The notes beneath the pieces were generated by a model, which worked only from the letters and a program-made list of their open reading frames with translations, did no database searches and had not been told where the DNA came from. 64,000 nucleotides of DNA from Planctomycetota bacterium (GTDB taxonomy: Bacteria > Planctomycetota > UBA11346). The translations under genes and the position numbers were made by a program. The stretch spans positions 2,034 through 66,033 of the forward strand of contig JADGDD010000002.1 of assembly GCA_016745075.1 (NCBI GenBank), written 5' to 3'. How positions within the stretch are numbered: the stretch's first letter is position 1; every line of letters starts with the position of its first letter. Positions 30,679 to 39,886 of the stretch are shown one piece after another.

Positions 30679-31515
30679 GTGGATACGGCGACGGCACAGG
30701 CAGAGATAAAACCATCCCGTGCAAAAAAAAGTTTGGTCATTCTTGTTATTACTGCAATAGCTCTTGGTTGTGGCGTGCTTGTGTATCTACAGACAAACAG
30801 GTACAAACAAGCTTATTCGTATGAAGAACTTGCGGCATATTTTTCTGAACGTGCAGCAGCAGGTGATGTACAAGGTCTTGTCCATTTGTGGTATCCAGAT
30901 CGTTTTACTGGCCGTGTGCAGGATTCAGTTATAAATTCATTAAGGTCATATGTCTACAAAGAGAGTCATGCCGTCTTTCGCCCTTTGCCTCCACATCTCA
31001 CCCTTGAAGATTATCAAGATTTATGGGAAGAGAAGAGTGGAGACCTTTTACTTGGTAAGGCTTTATTACCTGATCAAATTATGACCGTCCGTTTTTCTAT
31101 GCCAAGAACGATAGATAAACGGACGGGGAACATGTCATCGTCCATACAAAGTGGGCAAATTAACTTACATGCGGGTACTACAGAAGATGGCATTTGCTAC
31201 ATTATTCCGAATGTTATTTTAGGCACGCCAACTGAAGAACAGCGCCAGCGTATTATTGCACAGCGTCCACCTGAGCCAACAGCAGAAGATATTCAGCGCC
31301 GAGCAGATGCCTTAGAAAGGCACATGGCAGAAACAAAGCGGAAAGTACGAGAGAACGCTGTGTATAAAGAGACTGGTATTGGCGAGCCTGTTGATGTAGA
31401 GCAGCTCATAGAGGATTTGCAGCAGCGGCAAGAGTCCAAAGAACTTATAGAGCTCGAACGTAAAGACGTTGGGCCCAAAGAACCAGAACAAAAAGAGGGA
31501 ACGCTCCGCTTGTAA
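30679..31515 (+). CDS. Hypothetical membrane-anchored protein
   Basis: One N-terminal TM helix (LVILVITAIALGCGVLVYL). 278 aa. Between ybaB and dnaE. Confidence 0.5.
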   Translation: MDTATAQAEIKPSRAKKSLVILVITAIALGCGVLVYLQTNRYKQAYSYEELAAYFSERAAAGDVQGLVHLWYPDRFTGRVQDSVINSLRSYVYKESHAVFRPLPPHLTLEDYQDLWEEKSGDLLLGKALLPDQIMTVRFSMPRTIDKRTGNMSSSIQSGQINLHAGTTEDGICYIIPNVILGTPTEEQRQRIIAQRPPEPTAEDIQRRADALERHMAETKRKVRENAVYKETGIGEPVDVEQLIEDLQQRQESKELIELERKDVGPKEPEQKEGTLRL

Positions 31516-31667
31516 GGGCTTAAGCTCGAACAGTTTAGATTGGGTGGATATCTCGTTCGTCTACATTCCACTGCACACAACTTCTTTCTTCAATGGAGGA
31601 GTCGGCTTGCAGGGTGGTCGATCGTTCTCCTCGTTGTTCTCTTCGCATATGTAGTAGACTGCAACTC

Positions 31668-34600
31668 ATGTCAGATTTTGTCCACCTGCATACCCACAGC
31701 CACTACACCTTGTTGGAATCTCCAGTTACGGTGAAGACCCTACTGAATGCTGCATATGAGCGGAATATGTCTGCTGTTGCGCTGACAGACCGGGCTAACC
31801 TCTTTGCTGCTTTAGAGTTTCAAGTTACGGCGGCAGGCATGGCCAAAGAAGGTAAAGAGATACAGTCGATTGTCGGCTGCCAAATCAACATGGCGCCACT
31901 TGGCATGACTGAAAAAACACGTGATATGCATCAGCTTGTTTTATTGGCAATGTCAGAAAAGGGATACTATAACCTAACGAAATTAGTCAGCCTTGGTTGG
32001 TTGAATGGTTTTTATTATGAAGCACGGGTCGATATTGATTGCCTCAGAGAGCATGCAGAAGGACTCATCTGTTTGACCGGAGCAGGCCCGTATGGGTATC
32101 TGAATTACCATTTTGAAAGTGGGGCAGTAGAAGAGGCGCGTCGTTTAGCTGGAAACCTTGCCGAAATTTTTGATGACAATCGTTTGTTTGTTGAAATTAC
32201 TGACCATGGCCTAGAAAATTCCAAAGATACCTTACAGGCAAATGTTGATCTTGCCCGTGATTTAGATTTGCCACTAGTAGCAACCAACTGGGTACATTAT
32301 CTTAATCATGAAGATGCTTATGTCCATGATGTGCAGCTCGCTGTTCAAAAAGTAACAACACTCAATGATACTCGGCGGAAGCGCATGCCGCCCGGTGGTC
32401 AGTTTTATTTAAAAACGGCAGAAGAAATGGAAGCCTTGTTTGTTGATTATCCAGAAGCCATTAGCAATACCAAAGTAATTGCTGATCGGTGCAAAGATTG
32501 TCACATTATTACCGGCGTATACCATTTGCCTGTATTTGATTGTCCGGACAGTGTTAATATTGAAGCTTATAAGAATAGCTTTGATGAGCGGGAATATCAA
32601 TTGCGGTATGAGGTGGATGCGGTTGATGGCGGAGAAGATAAACCAAAGAGTATAAATGATGCGGAACGAGAAAATCGTATTCATGCAGACGCTTATTTAT
32701 CCGAATTGTGCGAAGAAGGTATGCGTAACCGCTATGAAAATATCACCCCAGAGCTTCGTGAGCGTCTAGATTTTGAAATATGTACCATCGCACGCATGGG
32801 ATTTGGCGCCTACTTTTTGATTGTAGCTGATTTTATTAATTGGGCAAAAGAACAAGATATTCCGGTTGGGCCTGGTCGTGGGTCTGCGGCGGGATCATTG
32901 GTGGCTTATTCTCTTGGCATAACCGATATTTGCCCAATAAAATATGGCCTTCTTTTTGAAAGGTTTTTGAATCCGGGTCGTATTAGTATGCCCGATATTG
33001 ATATCGATTTTTGCAAGGATCGCCGTGAAGAGGTGATTCAATATGTGAAAGAAAAATATGGTTCAGAAGCCGTTGTAAATATCATGACGCTTGGAACCAT
33101 GAAAGCACGTATGGCCATTAAGGATGTAGCCCGTGCCTATGAGTGGACACCAGACGAAGCACAAACGCTGGCAAGCATGATTCCAGAAGACCCATCGGGC
33201 AAACATACCATTCCTGTATGCCTTGGTCTGAAGCCACTCAAGGGCGATGCTTTTGATAAACAAGATAAAATATCGGCTCGGTATGAAAGTGATGAACGTT
33301 CACATGATGTGCTCGACACGGCTATGGCATTGGAAGGTCTTGGCCGTAGTCTTGGTGTACATGCCTGTGGTGTCATTATTGCGCCAAGTGCCGTGCAAAA
33401 TTATTTGCCAGTTTGCCAAGTAAAAGGCAAACCTGCTACACAATATAATATGATGCAGTGTGAAGATTGCGGATTATTAAAAATGGATTTTCTCGGTTTG
33501 AAGACCATGAGCATCTTGAAAAAAGCTGCAGATATTGTGAAAGCCACAACCGGCGAAGTTCTTGATTATAACACGGTGCCAATTGATGATGCTAAAACAT
33601 TTTCAACGCTTGGTGAAGGGCAAACGCTTGGTGTCTTTCAATGTGAATCGCAAGGCTTCCAAGAACTTATTAAATTATTAAAGCCGGACCGTTTTGAGGA
33701 TCTTATCGCTTTGGTGGCGCTCTATCGTCCAGGCCCATTGTCTGCGGGCATGCATACTAGTTATTGTGACCGTAAACATGGACGGGAAAAAGTAGAATAC
33801 CCGCACCCTGTTCTTGAAGAAGTGCTCAAAGAAACATACGGTTTATATATTTATCAAGAACAGGTGATGAACATTAGCCGTTCACTGTGTGGCTTTTCTC
33901 AATCAGAGGCAGATAACTTACGTAAGGCGATGGGTAAAAAGCAGATTGCTGTGCTTCAAAAAATGCAGGATAAATTTATTAACGGTGCATGGGAATTGCA
34001 TCAGTTTGATCGTGATAAATGCGAGCGGATGTGGAATGACATTCTTGGGTTTGCAGCTTACTGCTTCAATAAATCGCATTCTGCCTGTTATGGTTTAATT
34101 GCGTACTGGACTGCCTATATGAAGGCGAACCATTTTGAAGCCTTCATGACGGCTAACCTTATCTATGAAATGGGCAACAAAGATAAAATGACGTTGTTCA
34201 CCCAAGAACTTGCTGACCGTGGCGTATCGGTATTGCCGCCAGACATTAATGAATCTGGTTGGGAATTTACTTGGACTGGTAAGGCTGTGCGTTTTGGTTT
34301 TGGTGGTATTAAGGGTGTTGGTCATCTTGCTGCCGAGCATCTTATTCAAGAACGAGAGGCGGGAGAGCCATTTGATTCTTTATATAATATTTGTGAACGT
34401 ATCGATACCAGACAGGTCAATAAACGTGTTATAGAAAATATGATTAAAGTTGGGGCGATGAGCTCGTTGCATAGTAACCGTAATGCGCTTGTAGAAACTA
34501 TAGAGCGTGCTTTTCAGCGTTCACAGCGTCTTGCAAAAACGGCATCTCAATCACAAAACACTCTTTTTAGCGTATTTGAAGAAGACGATTCCTTTATGCA

Positions 34601-35402
34601 GCAAACTCAAGGATATGTAGAGGTTGAAGATTGGAGCGAAGGCGAACGTTTGCGCTTTGAAAAAGAACTGACTGGCTACTGGATGAGTGGACATCCATTG
34701 CTTGAGCATAAACATTTTCTTGAGCAGTTTGCTACGCATGTGAGTAGAGACCTCGCAGACATGCCACCAGACGATGTCAGCATTGCTGCCGTTATTATTG
34801 CCAAACGTGATATTAAAACACGTACCGGAAAAATGATGGCTGTTTTAACCGTAGAAGATGACGTTGGCCGTTTTGATGTGGTGTTATTTGGTGGCCGCAC
34901 TGACCGTCGTGGTGTATTTATTCCCGGTGCTTATGAAAAATTTGCTGGTGAATGTGAACCGGACATGGTAGCGCTCTTCACAGGTAAAGTTGATACGCGC
35001 AGTCGTCCGGCCCCGCGTCCCGCAGCACAAGCGAGTGCAGGAGAGGAAGAAGACGGCGAAGCCAGCTTAGATGTAGATGAAGACCACGTAGAACAATTGC
35101 CATCGTTATTGGTGGATGATGTTACCCCCGTGCACTTAATTCACGAACGTCGGACTGAAGCAATAGAAGTAACAATAGATATAGAAAAATTCTCTACGGA
35201 ACAACTCACAGAACTCTCGGAAACGATGAGTGAATACATGGGTTCTTGTCCAGTGACGTTACTTATTCAAACCCCAAACGATGTCTTATTAAGTACTCGT
35301 GTAAGTAAAAGCTGGAACGTCCACCCCACTCCAGATCTGGTCGATGCGCTCAGCAACATTTGTGGTTCCGCCTACGTGCGGCGAGTACTCAAGCAAAAAT
35401 GA
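31668..35402 (+). CDS. dnaE: DNA polymerase III alpha subunit
   Basis: PHP domain (FVHLHTHSHYTLLES), polymerase core (MPDIDIDFC…), OB-fold C-terminus. About 1245 aa from the M at 31668. Confidence 0.9.
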   Translation: MSDFVHLHTHSHYTLLESPVTVKTLLNAAYERNMSAVALTDRANLFAALEFQVTAAGMAKEGKEIQSIVGCQINMAPLGMTEKTRDMHQLVLLAMSEKGYYNLTKLVSLGWLNGFYYEARVDIDCLREHAEGLICLTGAGPYGYLNYHFESGAVEEARRLAGNLAEIFDDNRLFVEITDHGLENSKDTLQANVDLARDLDLPLVATNWVHYLNHEDAYVHDVQLAVQKVTTLNDTRRKRMPPGGQFYLKTAEEMEALFVDYPEAISNTKVIADRCKDCHIITGVYHLPVFDCPDSVNIEAYKNSFDEREYQLRYEVDAVDGGEDKPKSINDAERENRIHADAYLSELCEEGMRNRYENITPELRERLDFEICTIARMGFGAYFLIVADFINWAKEQDIPVGPGRGSAAGSLVAYSLGITDICPIKYGLLFERFLNPGRISMPDIDIDFCKDRREEVIQYVKEKYGSEAVVNIMTLGTMKARMAIKDVARAYEWTPDEAQTLASMIPEDPSGKHTIPVCLGLKPLKGDAFDKQDKISARYESDERSHDVLDTAMALEGLGRSLGVHACGVIIAPSAVQNYLPVCQVKGKPATQYNMMQCEDCGLLKMDFLGLKTMSILKKAADIVKATTGEVLDYNTVPIDDAKTFSTLGEGQTLGVFQCESQGFQELIKLLKPDRFEDLIALVALYRPGPLSAGMHTSYCDRKHGREKVEYPHPVLEEVLKETYGLYIYQEQVMNISRSLCGFSQSEADNLRKAMGKKQIAVLQKMQDKFINGAWELHQFDRDKCERMWNDILGFAAYCFNKSHSACYGLIAYWTAYMKANHFEAFMTANLIYEMGNKDKMTLFTQELADRGVSVLPPDINESGWEFTWTGKAVRFGFGGIKGVGHLAAEHLIQEREAGEPFDSLYNICERIDTRQVNKRVIENMIKVGAMSSLHSNRNALVETIERAFQRSQRLAKTASQSQNTLFSVFEEDDSFMQQTQGYVEVEDWSEGERLRFEKELTGYWMSGHPLLEHKHFLEQFATHVSRDLADMPPDDVSIAAVIIAKRDIKTRTGKMMAVLTVEDDVGRFDVVLFGGRTDRRGVFIPGAYEKFAGECEPDMVALFTGKVDTRSRPAPRPAAQASAGEEEDGEASLDVDEDHVEQLPSLLVDDVTPVHLIHERRTEAIEVTIDIEKFSTEQLTELSETMSEYMGSCPVTLLIQTPNDVLLSTRVSKSWNVHPTPDLVDALSNICGSAYVRRVLKQK

Positions 35403-35456
35403 TATTTAAACGCATGCGCTGTAGCTGATGTACTTCATGGCCTTCAGCACAGCTAT

Positions 35457-36161
35457 TCAATTCAGATCATTGTCATTGGGGTCGAAACTTTCTTCTGCTG
35501 TTTCTTCCTCTGGTTCAACAGCAATGTGATCGTCCCAGAGTTTGGCTAATTGTTTGTTGGACCACGCGCCTTTAATGCCGGGAATATTTTTCAAATAATT
35601 GACGGTGCCTTGTCTGCCAAGGTGATAGGTGTCATGTAAGCCTTCAACGATATGAGCGAGATAGGCTTCTGATGGTGGTTTGGTTTGCCCAGTTTGTGAT
35701 GTATCAGATCCGGTAATCGTTACCATAGGGTGGCCTTCTCGATCAGCTTCTACTAAGAGCAGGCGGTTATACCAACTGGTTCCACTATCATGATAGCCAT
35801 TGGTAATGACGGCTTCCCAATCAAGGTCTAGTTCGGGGTTTTTATTCTCTTGGCGGAAGATATCAGCACATTGTTCTTTGGTCAGTAAGTAAGCGCGTCC
35901 CCATGTTTGTGGTGCCGGTTTGCTTGCAGGGGTTGGACGTGGGTCAAGAAAAGCGACGCTCCCTTTCCACTGTCTGGAATTGCGTGCGAAAAATAACTTA
36001 TGTGGAATAAATACAGCGCGTTCTTCACGCGGTTCTGTTGGGTCAGTGCAACCAGGTTGTTTGCCGCTTGCACCATCGGCTTTACCACCTTCAAGGTAAC
36101 ACAGAAAACGGTCATAGCTGAGATTCGAGCCGTAAGAGGCATACCATACAAGATTACTCAT
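35457..36161 (-). CDS. Gamma-glutamyl cyclotransferase-like (AIG2/GGCT family) protein
   Basis: N-terminal VWYASYGSNLSYDRF matches the YxxYGSNL GGCT signature. Confidence 0.5.
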   Translation of the reverse strand: MSNLVWYASYGSNLSYDRFLCYLEGGKADGASGKQPGCTDPTEPREERAVFIPHKLFFARNSRQWKGSVAFLDPRPTPASKPAPQTWGRAYLLTKEQCADIFRQENKNPELDLDWEAVITNGYHDSGTSWYNRLLLVEADREGHPMVTITGSDTSQTGQTKPPSEAYLAHIVEGLHDTYHLGRQGTVNYLKNIPGIKGAWSNKQLAKLWDDHIAVEPEEETAEESFDPNDNDLN

Positions 36162-36190
36162 AGGTGGGAGGATGATTGATTTTTATATAA

Positions 36191-36228
36191 AACAAGTGCC
36201 TTTCAGGGTATTCTGAAAGGCACTTGTT
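36191..36228 (-). terminator. Hairpin terminator downstream of the EF-hand gene
   Basis: aacaagtgcctttcag-ggtattc-tgaaaggcacttgtt. 16-bp stem. Confidence 0.45.
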
Positions 36229-36257
36229 GTTCTAGGTTTAGTACTTATTTCTGGTGC

Positions 36258-37097
36258 TTATTTCTTACGATTACTGCGTTTTTCTTTAGCGTTTTTGCGT
36301 TCTTTGGGGCCGACTTTACCGTCGTTATTTTTGTCTGCCCGTTCTTTTCTCTTTTCTTTACATTCTTTTTTGTGTTGTTTGCGAGCGGCTTTACGTTCTT
36401 CATCATCTACAGTACCGTCACCATTCGTATCTGCTCGTTCCTTCATTTTTTCTTTGATCGCGGCTTTCTCTTCGTCATCAACAACGCCATCACCATTGGT
36501 GTCTGCGCGTTTTTTGAGTTCTGCGCGTTTGTGTTGTTTGTGGGCCTCTTTAGCTGCTTGCTTTTCATCATCATCAATGGTTCCATCACCATTGGTATCA
36601 AATTTTTCTTTCATTGCTTTATGTTTCATGTGTTGGCTATGAGCGTGGCGCGCTTCTTTTTCGTCAATGGTTCCATCACCATTATGGTCTATTTTTGCAA
36701 ATTTTTCAGGGTCGCTATCTTTGAGTCCATTGAGTTTGGCAAGGATTTTTTCTTTCTGTTCGTCGCTGAGTTTGCCTTTTTTCAGGAGTTTCTTGCCTGC
36801 TTTTAATTCTTCTTTATCAAGGGTTCCGTCACTGTTACTATCCAATTTTGCGAATAAATCAGGGTTGTTCTCTTTAATGTGAGCTGCAATTTTTTCAGGA
36901 TCAAAATGGTGACCATTGTGTTTCTTGTGTCCCTGTTTTGTATCCTTTTCTGTAGTGCTACTGTCTGATGTTTGGTCCCATTCAGAGAAGAGGTCATCTG
37001 CTTCTTCGGCAAGCAATGGCGTAGCGGTGAGGCTGCTGAAGCCAATGAGTAATCCTGCGGTGAGCGTGAGGGTCGTGCTTAATGGTGTCTGTAACAT
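36258..37097 (-). CDS. Secreted EF-hand calcium-binding protein (Lys/Glu-rich, at least 5 EF-hand loops)
   Basis: Signal peptide. Repeated DxNxDGxIDxxE loops (DSNSDGTLDKEE, DHNGDGTIDEKE, DTNGDGTIDDDE, DTNGDGVVDDEE, DTNGDGTVDDEE). Confidence 0.8.
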   Translation of the reverse strand: MLQTPLSTTLTLTAGLLIGFSSLTATPLLAEEADDLFSEWDQTSDSSTTEKDTKQGHKKHNGHHFDPEKIAAHIKENNPDLFAKLDSNSDGTLDKEELKAGKKLLKKGKLSDEQKEKILAKLNGLKDSDPEKFAKIDHNGDGTIDEKEARHAHSQHMKHKAMKEKFDTNGDGTIDDDEKQAAKEAHKQHKRAELKKRADTNGDGVVDDEEKAAIKEKMKERADTNGDGTVDDEERKAARKQHKKECKEKRKERADKNNDGKVGPKERKNAKEKRSNRKK

Positions 37098-37298
37098 GAT
37101 ACTGTTCCTTTCAGGAATGAGTCAAAAGAGTGAACTGTGATGTGCATTGTCCTATTGGTGGTCCTGCGACGAGTTCTGTGTGAGTGATATAAATGAGAGA
37201 GCGAAGCCTGTGCCAATTGTTTTTACAGGGTTTATGAGAATCTGGTGTAGGATACTCCGTTATCAGAGATGGTTGTGTTGGATTCTCCCTCAAGCTTC

Positions 37299-37342
37299 TT
37301 AAAAAGAAACAGCCCGGAAAGAATATTGTCTTTCCGGGCTGT
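37299..37342 (-). terminator. Rho-independent terminator for the Cys-rich EF-hand gene
   Basis: cagcccggaaaga-atattg-tctttccgggctg stem, followed on the minus strand by TTTCTTTTT. Confidence 0.65.
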
Positions 37343-37366
37343 GTATATTGGTTAGCAGGTGTTGAC

Positions 37367-38113
37367 TTAGTTTGCTTTACACTTCTCTACGTCTTTCTTT
37401 GGGCAGCATTTCTTTTGAGCTGCTTTTTTGTTGCGTTTATTATTATCTTTGCAGGCGGCTTCTTTTTCTGCTTTATCAATTTTTCCGTCACCATTGGTGT
37501 CGTGTTTTTTGATCCAAGCTTGGTGTTGTGCTTTTTTCTTGTCGCAAGCTTTTTGAGCAGCAGCTTGTTCTTCTTCACTAAGTTTTCCGTCACCATCAGC
37601 GTCGAAGCATTTGAGGGCTTTGGCTTCAGCTTTTTCACGGCAAAGGCGAGTCTTCTCTGTGCAGCAAGCTTCTTTTTCATCAATAACACCGTTGTTGTCA
37701 CAGTCGATTTTGTTGAATGCTTCAGGGTTTGTTTCTTTAAGGGCAGTAAAGCGTTCAATGGCAGCAGCAACTACTTTGGGGTCACATGGTCCGCAATCTT
37801 GTTTGGCTTTACAGTCTTTCTGTTTGTCGCAATCTTGTTTGGCTTTACAGTCTTTTTGTTTGTCGCAATCTTGTTGTGTCTTACATTTTTTGTCTTTGTT
37901 ACAGTCTGCAGGTGTTGGGCACTCTTTCTGTTTGTCGCATTGTTGTTTTGGTTGTGGACAGCAACTATTGCAATCAGCCGTTTGCTCCTGTTTGTCGAAT
38001 TCAGAAAAGAGTTTTTCAGCATCTGTTTCCTCGGCATTTAGGCTAAGGGTATATGCTGTGGCAAGTAAAGCGCAGCTAAGAGCAAGCTTGCGAAGTATGT
38101 TTTTGAGGTTCAT
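37367..38113 (-). CDS. Secreted Cys-rich repeat / EF-hand calcium-binding protein
   Basis: Signal peptide. (CDKQKDCKAKQD)n repeats with 20+ Cys. Three EF-hand loops (DCDNNGVIDEKE, DADGDGKLSEEE, DTNGDGKIDKAE). Confidence 0.8.
   Translation of the reverse strand: MNLKNILRKLALSCALLATAYTLSLNAEETDAEKLFSEFDKQEQTADCNSCCPQPKQQCDKQKECPTPADCNKDKKCKTQQDCDKQKDCKAKQDCDKQKDCKAKQDCGPCDPKVVAAAIERFTALKETNPEAFNKIDCDNNGVIDEKEACCTEKTRLCREKAEAKALKCFDADGDGKLSEEEQAAAQKACDKKKAQHQAWIKKHDTNGDGKIDKAEKEAACKDNNKRNKKAAQKKCCPKKDVEKCKAN
37793..37900. repeat. Three tandem 36-bp copies encoding the CDKQKDCKAKQD repeat
   Basis: gcaatcttgtttggctttacagtctttctgtttgtc repeated. The third copy is diverged. Confidence 0.8.
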
Positions 38114-38186
38114 AAAGGTATCCTTCTATAAAGGTGTGAGGTTTGTTGGTGTATGAGACGATGTTTACAGCATTACTTTACTGCAA

Positions 38187-38924
38187 TTATTGTTTCGTAA
38201 GGGTTACTGCTTTGGCAGCAGCGCGGGCGGTCCATAAGTCAGTACTATGGGAGAGCTCTTGTAGGGTGGAGCGAACGCCATCTTGTGAGCGTTCCGCCGC
38301 ACCTTGTGGGTTGACCAGTCGGACCAAAGCAGCAAGCGTTAAGGCCGGTTGAACGGTTTGCAGGCGACCTTGGTATAGCTCTAGTTCAGGAAGATCAGTG
38401 CTGAGCTCGGTAATGACAGAGCGTTGGTTTGCATCTTCAGCAGCTACTAAGACAGCGCCTTCAACTGTCAGAGCCCAAATAACCTTTTGTGTTAACCGTG
38501 CGGTAGACGGTAATGTTGTTGTGATCAGGCTTGTGCCGAGTGCCGTATGTTCTGTAATATTTGTTAGTTGTAATGGAGCTTGCGGGATAATCAGCGTATT
38601 ACTGTAGATACGGAGCCCGTGTTCGTTGAGTCCAGTTATATCAATGGCTCCATGGCCACTATAGATGATAGCAGCTCCGTGGTTAGCAGCGCAGACGCGG
38701 TAAGAGGCAGCGCTGTTTTCTTTGAGGTTTCTAGCGGCATCGGTCTCGGTGATAGCACTAATCCGTTTGAGCGCATCATGTTGAGCTGCTTTATCAAGGG
38801 CAGTAATGTCCACACCAATTAAATCACGCATCGTGTCAGTGGTAATTGTTTTACGAGAGCCGCACGAGGAGAGAGTCAGCACGCTACAGACTGTGCACAC
38901 AAGGAGAAGAGAGAATATACGCAT
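38187..38924 (-). CDS. Hypothetical lipoprotein
   Basis: Probable start at MRIFSLLLVCTVCSVLTLSSCGS (lipobox LSSC). No recognised domain. Confidence 0.5.
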   Translation of the reverse strand: MRIFSLLLVCTVCSVLTLSSCGSRKTITTDTMRDLIGVDITALDKAAQHDALKRISAITETDAARNLKENSAASYRVCAANHGAAIIYSGHGAIDITGLNEHGLRIYSNTLIIPQAPLQLTNITEHTALGTSLITTTLPSTARLTQKVIWALTVEGAVLVAAEDANQRSVITELSTDLPELELYQGRLQTVQPALTLAALVRLVNPQGAAERSQDGVRSTLQELSHSTDLWTARAAAKAVTLTKQ

Positions 38925-39173
38925 GTGCACAAGATGCCTCTCCTTGCTCTTGGCGCAAGTATAAAGGCCCTCATAATGAGGAGTCGTGCTGATAAATGCG
39001 CACACAAATAGAGATATAAAGAGCTTTTTATCTGTTATATATCCTGCAAAATGCAACGTATTTATGTCTAAACACCTTGATTAGTCTGTCTATCCCATCG
39101 GTCAGAAATCAGTCTCTTGTCATTGAGAACACTGTTGCTAACATGTTTCGCTCATCTAATAGAGGAGCACTAC

Positions 39174-39743
39174 TTGCGAGGACGCCGCAAAAAACGCAGG
39201 GTACCACTGCCGCCACCAGATATCAGCCGTGGCCGCATTAATGAACATATCCGCATTCCAGAAGTTCGCTTGATTGACGCTGAAGGTCAACAGGTGGGCG
39301 TTGTTAAAACCGATGAAGCACGCCGGATGGCGCTTGAGGTAGATCTTGACTTGGTTGAAGTCGCTGCCAATGCCAATCCACCTGTGTGCAAGATCATGGA
39401 CCATGGCAAATTTTTGTTCGAAGAACAAAAGAAAGAACGCTTGGCCCGGAAGAAGCAACGTGAGAGCGCTGTTGAAACAAAAGAGATTCGCTTGCGCCCA
39501 GGAACGGGTGATGGTGATTTAAAGATTAAAGCTGATCATGCTCGTGAATTCTTAGAGGATGGCTGTAAAGTCGGTATTCAGTTACAATTTCGTGGTCGTG
39601 AAATGGCGCACCGTGAACTTGGTATTGAAGCAATTAAACGTTTTGCTGCTATGCTTGAAGATATAGCAAAGCTTGAGCAAGAACCGTCTATGCAAGGTCG
39701 CCGTATGAATGCTTTATTGTGCCTTAAAAACGTTAGTTCTTAG
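39174..39743 (+). CDS. infC: Translation initiation factor IF-3
   Basis: …RINEHIRIPEVRLIDAEGQQVGVV…EVDLDLVEV…NPPVCKIMDHGKFLFEEQKK… is collinear with E. coli IF-3. No in-frame ATG exists, so a non-ATG start (TTG around 39174, or AUU/AUA) is expected for infC. The exact start is uncertain. Confidence 0.85.
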   Translation: MRGRRKKRRVPLPPPDISRGRINEHIRIPEVRLIDAEGQQVGVVKTDEARRMALEVDLDLVEVAANANPPVCKIMDHGKFLFEEQKKERLARKKQRESAVETKEIRLRPGTGDGDLKIKADHAREFLEDGCKVGIQLQFRGREMAHRELGIEAIKRFAAMLEDIAKLEQEPSMQGRRMNALLCLKNVSS

Positions 39744-39794
39744 GTCCTTTTAAGCGAGACAGGCTGATAGAAGTTTAGTTCATCGAAAATAATA

Positions 39795-39830
39795 AGAAAG
39801 ACCGCTCGGAAAGAGCGGTCTTTCTTTCTG
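39795..39830 (+). terminator. Rho-independent terminator after infC
   Basis: aagaaagaccgctc-ggaaa-gagcggtctttctt followed by a T-rich tract. Confidence 0.7.
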
Positions 39831-39886
39831 TTCAGGGTAAAGCGTTTTGCTTGGCTGATAAGAAGATGTGTTTAAGGTGTCGCTCT

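Noticed and set aside
31668-35402. Possible intein or insertion in dnaE, because of its length
   Set aside because: About 1245 aa is within the normal range for DnaE-type alpha subunits. Conserved blocks appear collinear. No endonuclease-like block was seen.
36295-38156. Multiple + strand ORFs (36295..36642, 36372..36806, 37415..38041, 37611..38156, etc.) overlapping the EF-hand genes
   Set aside because: The Lys/Glu/Asp-rich low-complexity coding sequence gives long Phe/Ser/Leu-rich antisense frames. The real genes have signal peptides, EF-hand loops and terminators.
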